Of a stretch of 64,000 nucleotides of DNA, positions 52,085 through 64,000 are shown piece by piece. The stretch is from the NCBI GenBank assembly GCA_002269645.1, contig NIVC01001703.1, forward strand, positions 55,613-119,612, written 5' to 3'. The position numbers were made by a program, and so were the translations under genes. The notes under the pieces were generated by a model. That model saw nothing but the letters and a program-made list of their open reading frames with translations, was not told the DNA's origin and searched no databases. Origin of the DNA: Macrostomum lignano (lineage: Eukaryota). Numbering within the stretch: position 1 is the stretch's first letter; each line of letters begins with the position of its first letter.

Positions 52085-53010
52085 GTGTTGGTGAGGACAC
52101 AGGAAGCCGAGCTTATATTTTTGTCTTTGTTAATTATTTGGTGTTAAGTCCTTATTAATATTTACTGCTGGTGCGCTAGTTAATTTATCGCTCAATAATT
52201 ACATTCGTCTATTTATTATTATTTCGAAGTCTCAATTTAACTCATTAAGTTCAACTAATCAAATCTTTCTTTGAGAAACGGCTTGTCTCAGTCAATTTAA
52301 TCATAGCTTCGATTGGTGGCAGCGAACTACCTTTCGTGATTTATCTAGCTTGGGGTTTAATTATCGATTTAAGAGGGAACTTAATTTATCAAGAAATTAT
52401 CGGTCGCACTCTATCAGACCATCTCAGGGTACCGCTCTTCGGCTGGTGCAGTATAAGCAGTATAGCCTTAGGCCCTATTATCGCAGCTACCGTTAATCAA
52501 AGTTATTTGGGACCTTTGTCAGCGGAAATAGGGAAACCAGTCACTCCGCCCGTTAAGATTTCGCGGACATTGAGCCCATTTAATCCGCGCCAGACGCTTA
52601 GTCATTACCGGCTAAAAGTCCAAGTGATTCATAGTCTGCAGTCAGACAAAGACCTAGAGAGACAGAGAGCCCAGCGGAAATATAGGAGTCTAGCGAGACA
52701 AAGAGCCCAAGGAATTTATAGGGCGCGCAAGACAATAAGCCCAGCTCGGCTTAGCGCTAGATTTCCGATCCGCAAGAGACTACTCGTGAGTAGCAGAGTT
52801 AGAACTAGGATTAATAATTGACACCGTCAAGTCTTAAAAATTTTAGGTCCGTTACATTTGGTGTTATTAGCGATGGGATTCGATATCCAAGCGTGAACCT
52901 TTTAATAAATTTCTGACCTTTTACATTTAGTGGAATCAGCGTTTGGATTAACGTGAAGTTTCAGCAGCGACTCCCAGACCTTTTACATTTGGTTCACAGC
53001 GGTGGAATTT
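52085..53010 (+). mobile_element. LTR-like segment followed by three TTACA-TT-T(G/A)GT LTR-end/PBS-like junctions
   Basis: Junctions at 52852, 52921 and 52983; internal similarity to 48915-49150. No clear PPT, so the 5' edge is uncertain. Confidence 0.45.
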
Positions 53011-54900
53011 AGTCAGTAACACCGTCACGCATAATTAAGTTAAGACCCTTGTACACTATTATTCATCGCTGAAATGAGAACCAACTTTTCAGCCTGTCGG
53101 GAACTGAATTTTACTAAAGCAACTTCGGTGAACATCTTTAGTTATTACGAGGCTCTTAGAAAGCTTTTGATGTTTGTCGCAATGGCGGCCGTCAGCGCGT
53201 GGAACATCACTGACGAGCTCAGGTTGAATCGAATTTTGAGCGACCCTGCGACAGAGCTGTCCGTAGATCTGAAGAAAATAATGGGTCTGGTCGGCTAGAT
53301 GCAAAACCCAAACCGCCAAATGCGATCCGCTGTTACCGGTGCTGTCACCATCGTAGTTATGGCGGGCAACACAATTTTACTTGTTTCTAACTTCAATTGA
53401 TTCGGTGATGGACCTTCCAATGCAGCTCGATAATTTGAGGTAATATTCGTAGACCAATTAAAGCTCTTCAACTTCACTGCATTTTCTCACTACTTAGTTT
53501 AGAGATTATCTCAAAAGTGCCTCCAGAAGTAATGTTATTCCGTATCGATAAATCTGTCATGCTTTGTCCAATACTGGACACAATCTCACATAAAATTCCA
53601 TTATAACTCGTATAGCTACCTTTGCTACCTGATCATTTTCTCTCAACATGCTATTGCAGGGTAAATACGGATACAGTATAGCGCGTACAAACAAGTAATA
53701 TCCTGTTTGAAAGTAATAGTTTTGAGTTCATTAATTTGCCCTAAGTGCAGCAGTATGTTGCCTGACGAGCTGTTATTCTGAGAAAGCGATTTAAGACCGG
53801 TGCTTACAATATGGGGTTGCACAATCTTGCCAACAGACACTCGCAGAGGCAGGAGCGGATAGCGGATCTGCGGAACAAAGACGCTGCACCAACGACCAAT
53901 TTGCTTTTTAAATTTTTCTTGCACAGAAATGCTGCAAAAAATGAAGCTGATATCTATATTAGCTATTCGTTAGCTGCATGCTGTCTAGCTAACGAAGTTG
54001 GTCCGGTCATTAGCGACCGTGCGGCGTCCAAAATAATACTGCAGCTGACGTCAAGCCAGTCTGGATGTCGCTGGCGACAAAAGTACTGTCGTTGTAAGCT
54101 AGGGGCCTAGCCTCTTGTAAAAACTTGCTAGGCATAGATGTAGATATTTGTATTATTTCCATTTAACACCCTTTATTGTATTCTTCACATGAGCAAGATT
54201 GGATGTGAAATTTTAGCGACAAAGTTGCATTTCTGCTTTAATGGTCCTGGAGGGATATGTCTATAGCGTTCCATGTAGCATGTGGGCAGTCAATATTATG
54301 TTTTAGCAGTCTGACAAGAAACACGGAAATATATCACTGCAGAATGGTTTTGCTATTTTTAGTATATTGGATTTTCGTTATAGCCCTAATAATTTAAAAA
54401 ATACCTTTTTAAGGCCATTTAGACCATTGAAAATTTAGGCCATTTACCAGTCAGTAAAGCGATATCACCCAACCATTTACCCTAACAGCACACATTTAGA
54501 GCAGTTAAGCATAGTATCAATGCTGTAGTGTTTAAGCAATCCAATGCGCTTTACAAGTCGATTTACAAGTCGACAAGTGAAAATTATCTTCTCTACTACC
54601 GTTTGTACGTCGTATTAGACTAAAGGGTAAATATATTTTCCTTACTCACAGAAGGCTAACACCACACGCTTCCTAGTGACCCAAAAAATCCAAAGCACAT
54701 TACCTACTTGCACTGCAACAGCAATTGCGTTTATGAGCTTAGTACTTATAATTGTAGAAGTTTCGGGTTAACCCCATCAGGTTTGTCATTGACCCTTCAA
54801 ATCAATAAACAATTCAGGGTTGAAGGCTTTCTTATACATACTATTTGATTATTATTTCACCTGATGAAAGTGAACCACTCCTATTTCAAGTCAAAAGTCT

Positions 54901-56445
54901 CTGACCAGCTCCGAAACAATTGACGTTGTAGTCCGATCCGTGACACTGTAAATTCCTGATGCAACGGTGAGACGATGTTCAAGGATGATATGCACAACTA
55001 CACTACAACGATATTTTAACCAGGTCTGAAACAGTTGACGTTGTCGTCGGATCCGTAACATAGCGAATTCCTGATGCAACGGTGAAATGCTGTTTAAGGC
55101 TGATATGCAGGACTACACTTCAGAGAAAGATATTGTAACCAGATCAGAATTAATTTAAGTTGTCGGATCCGTGACAATGCAGATTCCTAGTGCAACGGTG
55201 AGATTTTCAAGGCTGATTTGCAGGACTACACTCCATGCAGAGAAAGATATTGTAACCAGATCTGAAACAGTTGACGTTGATGCAGTGGTCAGATCCGTGA
55301 CAGGGCATATTCCTAATGCAACGGTGAGATGTTCGATCAAGACTGATACACAGGACTATATTCCAGAGAAGAATGTTGTAACTAGATCTGAAACAGTTGA
55401 CGTTGTGGTCGGATCCGTGACATTGCAAATTTCTGATGCAACAGTGAGACGATGTTCAAGGATGATATGCACAACTACACTACAACGATATTTTAACCAG
55501 GTCTGAAACAGTTGACGTTGTCGTCGGATCCGTAACATAGCGAATTCCTGATGCAACGGTGAAATGCTGTTTAAGGCTGATATGCAGGACTACACTTCAG
55601 AGAAAGATATTGTAACCAGATCAGAATTAATTTAAGTTGTCGGATCCGTGACAATGCAGATTCCTAGTGCAACGGTGAGATTTTCAAGGCTGATTTGCAG
55701 GACTACACTCCATGCAGAGAAAGATATTGTAACCAGATCTGAAACAGTTGACGTTGATGCAGTGGTCAGATCCGTGACAGGGCATATTCCTAATGCAACG
55801 GTAAGATGTTCGATCAAGACTGATACACAGGACTATATTCCAGAGAAGGATGTCGTAACTAGATCTGAAACAGTTGACGTTGTGGTCGGATCCGTGACAT
55901 TGCAAATTTCTGATGCAACGGTGAGACGATGTTCAAGGATGATATGCACAACTACACTACAACGATATTTTAACCAGGTCTGAAACAGTTGACGTTGTCG
56001 TCGGATCCGTAACATAGCGAATTCCTGATGCAACGGTGAAATGCTGTTTAAGGCTGATATGCAGGACTACACTTCAGAGAAAGATATTGTAACCAGATCA
56101 GAATTAATTTAAGTTGTCGGATCCGTGACAATGCAGATTCCTAGTGCAACGGTGAGATTTTCAAGGCTGATTTGCAGGACTACACTCCATGCAGAGAAAG
56201 ATATTGTAACCAGATCTGAAACAGTTGACGTTGATGCAGTGGTCAGATCCGTGACAGGGCATATTCCTAATGCAACGGTGAGATGTTCGATCAAGACTGA
56301 TACACAGGACTATATTCCAGAGAAGGATGTTGTAACTAGATCTGAAACAGTTGACGTTGTGGTCGGATCCGTGACATTGCAAATTTCTGATGCAATGGTG
56401 AGATGTTCAAGGGTGATATGCAGGACTAGACTCCAGAGAAGGATT
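54901..56445. repeat. Higher-order tandem repeat: 477-bp unit made of four diverged ~115-126-bp monomers, three near-identical copies plus flanking monomer
   Basis: Identical ORFs at 55171/55648/56125 are spaced 477 bp apart. Monomers start at ~55024, 55141, 55260 and 55386 and share GAAACAGTTGACGTT, GGATCCGTGAC and TGCAACGGTGAGA. Confidence 0.95.
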
Positions 56446-59400
56446 GTAGCTAGTGACTTATATTTGTCGTGTCACTATACATGTATGTTTTTTAAGAAAC
56501 GTGCATTTGAGAAATTTCTATGGATCACGTATACAAGTACAGTAGTTTATACGACTGTACAGTTACAAAGTCATAAAAGTCTACTAATATTGCCCCACTA
56601 TTCTGAAAATTTCGAATAGTGGGCTAAATAAGAGTATGGAAACGGTCTAGAAACTGATAAACAGAAACAATATTTATATAGCAATAAGAACTCAAATTGA
56701 TACTGTGCTGATAATCCACCCAGACTAAATGTCTTACTTACTAATTCTACTACAACGTACGCTTCTCTCGCTGCCGAGCATAGTTAGTTTGCATGGTTAT
56801 ACCGATTATTGAGGTCTCTGTTCGTTCATTTACATAAAGATACAACAATAGACGCAAGATATAGCTAGAAAGCAGGCTTAGAGCGGATAACTGTGGGAAT
56901 CGGATCTGATCTAGTGGCTATACATTCCCGACACAATAATTAAGGTTGAGAGCTGTCCGCACGGTCGACACTGAGACAGAAATCTTTGTGGTTTTTGCAT
57001 CCATTCCAAGAGATCAGTCAACGTGGCCGCTACCTGGATATCAATACGGAAAGTGTGTTGTTGTTTTAAAAGGCAATAAAATTGAAAACGCGTGACGAAA
57101 ATAGGGCATGGGGGACACTCGGACGGACGAGATCCCCGTACCCAGTCCTACTTTATGTGCTCGTACATGTACACGTATACCAGGCCAGTGGCTCCGTTCT
57201 GATGCAGTTTCGGAAGGCAGACGCCATACAAGTGGTGTTATTACTGTCTACTCTGGCTACAAGACAGCTACTACAGTCGTTTTTCTACATATTTCCCGAC
57301 CCGTGTCTCTGATGGGCATTCGCCTCACAAAGGAGATGTCGAAGGTTCGATGCTTGAATATCTACAATTCGATGGATAGTCACTCTACTGTCATGTCTAG
57401 ATTGCATTGAATTCAGTTTAGCTAATTATGAAACCATGCAGTTGTTGCCAGTGTTGTCTCTCGTCCTCCCGACTTTTTTCATTCACAAAAGGGCACGTTC
57501 CCTTTCATTTCCACTTGCACTCTACTTGACCATGCAGTTGATAAACCAACTGTAGTAGGGCATTATTTTAGGAACAGGTATTAGTCACGGGACAAATACG
57601 CTTTTACCCTACTATCAGTAGTTTCAGCTAAGGGAAATAATTAGAGCCGGGTAAATCGCTATTTTGGGGGTTGCTTTAGAACTACCGAGCAGTTGGGCTC
57701 TTGGGAAAGCATCCTCCGCGGAAATTCCGTTTGTGATCCGATTGAACTCAGAATGATTTTAAGGAATTTGATTTGGTAAGAAGGGAAATAAAAGGGAAAT
57801 AGAGTTAGAACGCACAGAAGAGTCTTGCCTCTAAAATTGTTGGGAGTCTTGCCCAGAGCACATAGGGAGAATAGGGAATGTAACAAACCAACTTCTGTAC
57901 AAGTAACATTCTTTCTATTAACTTTGTGTTAACTTAAACTATTGAATTTGTGTCCTGACTCACTTCTTTAAATCTAAGTGCTAGAATTAGGGAAGGCAAA
58001 AACCTGGTGGCACCGAACTACCAAAATCTCAAACCAGTAAATCCACTAGAAAGATCCTTAGCACAGAAACCAGTAGCTTAGCCGCGAGGTTACACGCCCA
58101 TTCCACAACCAATAAAATATTTTTAGTAAATGGAACTTAATTGATAATGATACATATAGATGTTTGGTTTGATTCTTGGTCTAATTTTAGTAGTACAAGT
58201 TCCGTATAGTTTGGATAGAAGTTGGATATAGTCTATAACAGACTGCATGCGTCTGTCGCTATACATGATTTATGAGTACCTCTAACTCTCATTCATTTTT
58301 TTGACATCTTGACACGAAAACATACTCTTTAAGGTATACTGTACTTGACTCTACTTGAGCTGAAAGAATGTATACATGTATATACGACTATACAAATTAT
58401 TTCAGTTGATTCATGGTTTCAATAACAAGTTTCAATTTGTTAGCAGCTTTCAAGCAGCTAGAGGCCCCGTAGCTGATGAGTGTCATATCGCGTGACTCAC
58501 CAGGTTATTTTTTATTGTTGACTAACCAATTTTATCGAGCGTAATGACTTTTCTCTCTTTGTGTGCGCGTTCTTTTGAACCCATAGTGCTTTTAAGCGTG
58601 TCGTGCAGTGTACGTGCTTTACATGTCGAAGTCTAAAAGCTTGTGAGCTTCAAAGCTTAAAGTTCGTATTTCATGCACTAAAGAAACTAGAGTTATTTAA
58701 ATGAGCATTTCGAAATTTACCTGATGGCTCTGAGCGGTACTGTGCTCCAAGTCCTAAAGACGAAAGTTAAGGACTAGGCCCTCCACATTCTACCCGCCGA
58801 CAGCCAGTCTGGGTAGCAGCGCTCCTCGAGATGCTGAAAGCCCTCGACTGGGGTTAGGAGTTTGGTAACCTGTTTATCTACGAGGACGAGCAACCCCGGA
58901 CAGTAGTAAGCACTGTGCCTGGATTCCGCCTTGCAGCGCCATCACCAACACCGAGCTGTGACGCCTACTAATGTAGCAACCAATCCCGATTTACCGGCAA
59001 ATAGTATCGTGGTTCACAAGACCATCTCCAAGCTTAGCTGAGCGGAAACGGTTTCACGGCCATCCTCAACCTGTCTAATAGCTGGATGCTTCGATTTGCA
59101 GTTCAGAATCCTACACCACCCGTACATTGCCTCCGAGAAGCGTCAGCGGGCAAACGGGATCTCTGTCTAGCGGAAACGGAGCCCTTGTGCATCATGACCC
59201 CTACGAGGACATAGACGGTGGACCCCATCAGGGAGAAAGCCACGAAGGCTGCCAAAACAGCTAGGAGGATGTGAGAAGGGCCGGAAAACCGCCCGGAACA
59301 GTATACACTCTGGATTGCAGCTGCTAGACACTGCCAAGGTTCGCAACCGCAGCAACCCCCAACCCAGTGTCACCACTGCGTCCCATACTCTTGGCCCAAC

Positions 59401-60513
59401 CCCCACGGCCACCGCCGTTGGCACCACTCTGATCAACCAGTAGGTGGACCCAAAGCATAGGGAGAGGTGGGCTAACACCCTTAAATGCCGGAAATCCTGG
59501 ACGGCTATCCCTTGTCCTGCCGTTGCACTCGACAGGGCCCTGCTTGGACTTAACCACGGGGACATCAGGGCGGTGACTATGGCTCTCTGATGACATGATG
59601 TTTTATTTTCTCACAAATGCTCATTACGCCTCTCCAGTGTTGAGAATGCGGAGCACTTCAACTGTGAAGAGTTTTACACTTTTACGCCCTAATATACTAC
59701 AGTGGTCCTGAAGCTTGCCATCGCTGCTCTTATAGTGTTGCGTACGTACAGAATCCCAGGGCTGTTGCAGAAGCTGTCAAGGACACCGAAGGGACTATCG
59801 AAGTCTGGGAGAGAATTGTAACAGCTAGAAGCGAGTCGACACGTCGACTCACACATGGACTATCATGTGTGAATCGCGCTCGAAATACTGAATCACTCTC
59901 ACTATCTGCTGCACGTTGACTTGGCGCCATAAGGCTGAGTTTTTCAAGCTCAGAGGGACACTGACATCCAACGAGCTGGTATTACACTGATTTCAGTTAT
60001 AATTACATGTGTGCACACTAAAATGCAACTAGTCAACGTACTGCAATCAGCGCCAGGTGACTATTTTCACAGTCGGAGTGTACAGCAGTGCAAAGAAGCC
60101 GTGATCAGTGATACAACTGACTATTTTAAGTGAACCGCTGCAGATATGCTTGATTCTACACTGCAGGTAAGGTATCAAAGCTGGTTGTACACTTGTACTG
60201 TGATATTTTTCAAATAGACAGAATATAGTTAGCCCTAAACAAACCTAGCTGGCGCAGTATTGCTCGATCGGTTATTCTACCAACATTTATGGTAGCAGTA
60301 GCTAGTGATACAAAGAGTTAAAAATGATACTGTACAAGTAAATAAACAACGCGAGTGAACACGATCACAGATTTGAGTGCGAGCACTGACTCATTTTTAC
60401 TCTTAAGAAAAAACTTGCAACGTCGCAAGGATATTATTCCTAAATTTAATTGACACGGACAATTTAGACAATAAAATGTTAAAAAATTCAGCGCTGCTTT
60501 TAACAAGACTGGT

Positions 60514-61290
60514 ATGACTATTCACTTCAGGAGTGACGACCCTGCTTCTCAATTCAAGAACTGATTCGCCCAAAGGTAACTCGCAGTCACTCGTGTCAAG
60601 TTCAATCTGAAGAGGCTGGCATTGAACTTTTTTGCCACGTCTCACGGTAAGGGCGCGATCGATGGAGGCACACTGAAACGGTTTGTTTGGAAGCTAGTTA
60701 AGGTGAGGCAGGTGATTGTCAGAATGCAGCAGTTAATAGTGCAGATGAGGTGTGTAAGATTGAGTGAGACCTACTGCATCTCAAAAAAGAAGATTCTGGA
60801 ACTGCTTATGCTTAACGATTGAGTAGATAAGATTTTCACAGCCAGAGGTGAGTGGTTTTTTTGTTGAGAGATCTGCAGAACTCAATGACTGAGTCTCTGC
60901 CTTCATTTCAAGTTCCAAGCATCAAGCGGCAGCACTTTTGGTGTGCATATGACAACTCACTTGCTGTCTTCACCAACAAACTGTCCATCGACCGATATGA
61001 GTATATGACCAGTTTCCAGGTAGCCAGAGCAGGATACGCAGCTTGATCCTTAAGCCAGACAGCTGCCCAGACTCGACTATAGATATCAGCTTACAGTTGT
61101 AGGTGACTGGGTGCTCGTCAAATACTGGTAGAGTCTAAAGACACAAGTTATACCTGGACAAGTCACCAATGTCATCAACATCACCATGGTGCAATCGCAC
61201 TGTGGTCACAATTGCTACAAATGGACTCGAAAGGACCTAATATACCATGCTGAAACTGACATTGTGCACATTATTGACACACCTGTTGCA
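60514..61290 (+). pseudogene. Decayed DDE-type DNA transposase (family not assigned)
   Basis: IHFRSDDPASQFKN* and NFFATSHGKGAIDGGTLKR resemble the SDG.A.QFKN / NFFATSHGKG..DG.GG..KR motifs of invertebrate transposase-like proteins. C-terminal VGDWVLVKY...YPG...KW...D motif at ~61099-61290; several stops. Confidence 0.7.
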
Positions 61291-63635
61291 CTTGTTCAAA
61301 GCTATTTTGACAAATGTTGCAATAATTACTACACAAGCAGGCTCATAAAAAACTGTGTTGCCTTTCTTTTGTTAAGAACTTATGAAAATCACCTTAGTAT
61401 ACTGATGATAATTCCCCAGAAATCTTCAGAAATATGGCATTGAATTTGAGAAGAATGATCTTGATTCTAATACAGGTCCTAACTACTTGCAGATCTTGGA
61501 GTATAAAATAAGAGGGGGCATATTTTAACCAAGAGTAGGATGCCATATTATGCAAAAGAGGTGCACCATATTGAAAAAACTGATGGCAGTGAAGACCCTT
61601 TTTATGACAACTTCTATGCTTATTTTCTGGCACTCTTGTATTATTTCCTGTTTTGGATTATATTACTCTATCTTGCAAAGTATTATACTTTTAGGATTTT
61701 GATACTTATACATGCGCAACTCTCCCTCCTATACACCAGCTATGCGACATACTTTTGACCATGTGACTTACCTATAAAAGAAGCTTAAGAAAATAAACGT
61801 GATTTTGGGTAGACGGCAAGAGTATAACTATGACTAAATTTTTAGGGAAAATGCCTCGTCATCTAATTAATACTATGTATATTTTGGATAGGCATTTTTG
61901 TGACTACTTACCTTGGCTTATGCCAGTGATCATATGCCAGTACTCATTTAATTTAAAGGAATGATATAGTTATAATATTACTATGAATAAGTTATTAGCC
62001 TAACATTATTAATTTGATTAAAGTTTCAACAATTTCAAATTCAGTCATGAAACTCTTAAAGACTTGGTACATAGTGTAATGCTTAGCATATAAAGCAAGT
62101 GCTACTTGGTATCCTTAGTGCATAATATATGATACTTTATGTGCTTGGCCTCATACATACGCAACTGCTAGCCAACCTAGCCAATCCAGCTACCATAAAT
62201 AGTGGTAGACTAGGTGTAAATTGCAAAAATGCCTACCCAAAGAATAGATATAATACTAATCAGATGATGAGGCATTTAGCCTTAATAAGACAGTCATGTA
62301 ATGACTCAGGAATCAGGCAGCATTTGTGGCATGCAAGAAAAAGGTCTTAACCCTCCAAGTAGGGTGAGACAATATTTATATATTTGGAAGCGATCTGATT
62401 GCAACGTGCACAAGACCCGCATGCCATATGTACATAAGTTGGGTAGCGACATGTACGTGCTAATATAATGTACAAGCTAGCACTGGCCAGAGTGGCATTA
62501 CAAGTCATAGTTACTCCTGCTATTTACTAAAATTCACATTCTAATTTTTGCTTAATGGTTTCTTTTATGGGTAAATTGCATTTTTGGTCTAAAAGTAAGT
62601 TGCATGGCTAGTATAAATCAGTGGGATTGTGCATGTATGCTTGGCTTGCAAAGTATATAAAGCTTAGTGCCTTTGGCATATATAGTATACTATAGTTTGG
62701 AAGGCAACATGTATGCTAAGATTTCCTAGCATAAAACAAGTCTTACCATTTTTTAGTATACATTAACATTAGGGTATATCCCCGAATATATGACACAGCA
62801 GATATATTGTGTCAAATGACAATTTTTTTGTCATTTTTTCTGGCATTAAACCTGACATACACTAATATACGATCCTAACTATAGATAATAGGCCCTATAT
62901 AATGCTTAGCATGTTGATAGACTTTGTTTTTGAGAACTTTACTATAATACAGCCATTAATGGGCTTTAATATAAGCTGATGAAATATAAAATGAGTCAAC
63001 ACAATGATTATAATTTTTCATGTTTATATTGAATAAATTATTGTCAAATAATTATTAATTAATCATTAATTATATAAGATATTAGATTTGAAGTATCTAA
63101 TATCATAAAATATTTAAAGCTATTTATTATAGTATTTACTATTTAATTTGGTCCAAAAAATATAAATCTAGTTCTAAAAATAAAAAGCCACAGATATTTA
63201 TCTAGACTAGGCCTAGGCCCTATCTAGGCTTATTAAATTAGACTAGAACTTAGAAGATAGTATTTTATAACTAGATAGGCCTACTTAGATTATATATCAA
63301 TGACAAAAGGTAGCAGATATTAATAAGTTACAAGATGAATACATACAAACTGACAAACATTGCTTTATCTTTTAGATCTTTAAAAAATTGAAAATACAAT
63401 GATGGCATTGTACAGAAATATGTCATCTATCTCTATTAATATAGAGATACAGCATACATTGCGCAATATCTAGCCAAGCCAGACAATTGGGCCAGCTAAT
63501 AAGGGGTCCACCAAGTAAGTTGCAAAAATGCCCAGCTAAAAATCTGCATGTATTTCTAATTAGATGACGAGGCATTTAGTATTAATAATACATTAATAGT
63601 TACTCATGCTGCTTACCCAAAATTATGTAAATTTT

Positions 63636-64000
63636 GCTTAGGTTTCTTTTATAAGTAGGCCTAAGTCGCATGGCCACTTGGCCGGTGAAATCAGGGGGTT
63701 ACATATGCAGAGGGGCCATTTTTCTAAATAGGCCTGGTCAATTTCAAGTTACCAAACTTAAAGAATATGACAATATAAATATGATATATCTCTCTACTAT
63801 CTACTATCTACTATCATAGATGATGTATCTCTCTACGATCTACTATCTACTATCATATCTATATTGTCATATTCTTTAAGTTTGGTAACTTGAAATTGAC
63901 CAGGCCCTATTTAGAAAAATGGCTCTTCTGCATATGTAACCCCCTGATTTCACGGCCAAGTGGCCATGCGACTTAGGCCTACTTATAAAGAAACCTAAGC
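63636..64000. repeat. Long near-perfect inverted repeat (arms ~150 bp: 63636-63786 and 63851-64000), probably continuing beyond the window
   Basis: GCTTAGGTTTC..ATAAGTAGGCCTAAGTCGCATGGCCACTTGGCC...AAGAATATGACAATATA pairs with its reverse complement ending at base 64000, with a few mismatches or indels. Confidence 0.95.

Noticed and set aside
58730-59600. GC-richer block with ORFs 59167-59565 and 59324-59596, possibly a retroelement 5' region
   Set aside because: No recognisable protein motif or element boundary.
62347-62370. TTAA-CCCT piggyBac-like terminus
   Set aside because: I found no matching AGGG-TTAA end in the window and no piggyBac transposase.

Overview
This is eukaryotic (animal) genomic DNA with GC-rich exons, GT-AG introns and abundant micro- and minisatellites. 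The architecture is reminiscent of repeat-rich flatworm assemblies such as Macrostomum, but that is an inference only. Seven genes could be reconstructed by matching splice phases: (1) the 3' half of clathrin heavy chain (+, 6 exons, 1236-7827), with a different tandem repeat in every intron; (2) an uncharacterised 4-exon coiled-coil protein with a C-terminal Cys/His zinc-binding-like domain (-, 22234-19037); (3) a Mab-21/cGAS-like nucleotidyltransferase (cGLR; -, about 27190-25687) broken by a 1-nt homopolymer frameshift; (4) an orphan two-TM protein (+, 29945-30640); (5) an ankyrin-repeat protein (+, 35153-36069), also with a 1-nt homopolymer frameshift; (6) an atypical type II-like PKA regulatory subunit (+, 43285-45732); (7) a bacterial-type single-domain thermonuclease (SNase) spliced to a signal-peptide exon (+, 46520-50603), a candidate domesticated horizontal transfer and the most striking item in the window. 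Non-coding features are a 9-kb 14-mer satellite, a 477-bp higher-order repeat, interstitial (TAACCC)n, Ty3/Gypsy pol and LTR/PBS remnants, a decayed DDE-type transposase and a long palindrome at the window end. I saw no rRNA, tRNA or CRISPR array. All homology calls rest on motif recognition, not on database searches.
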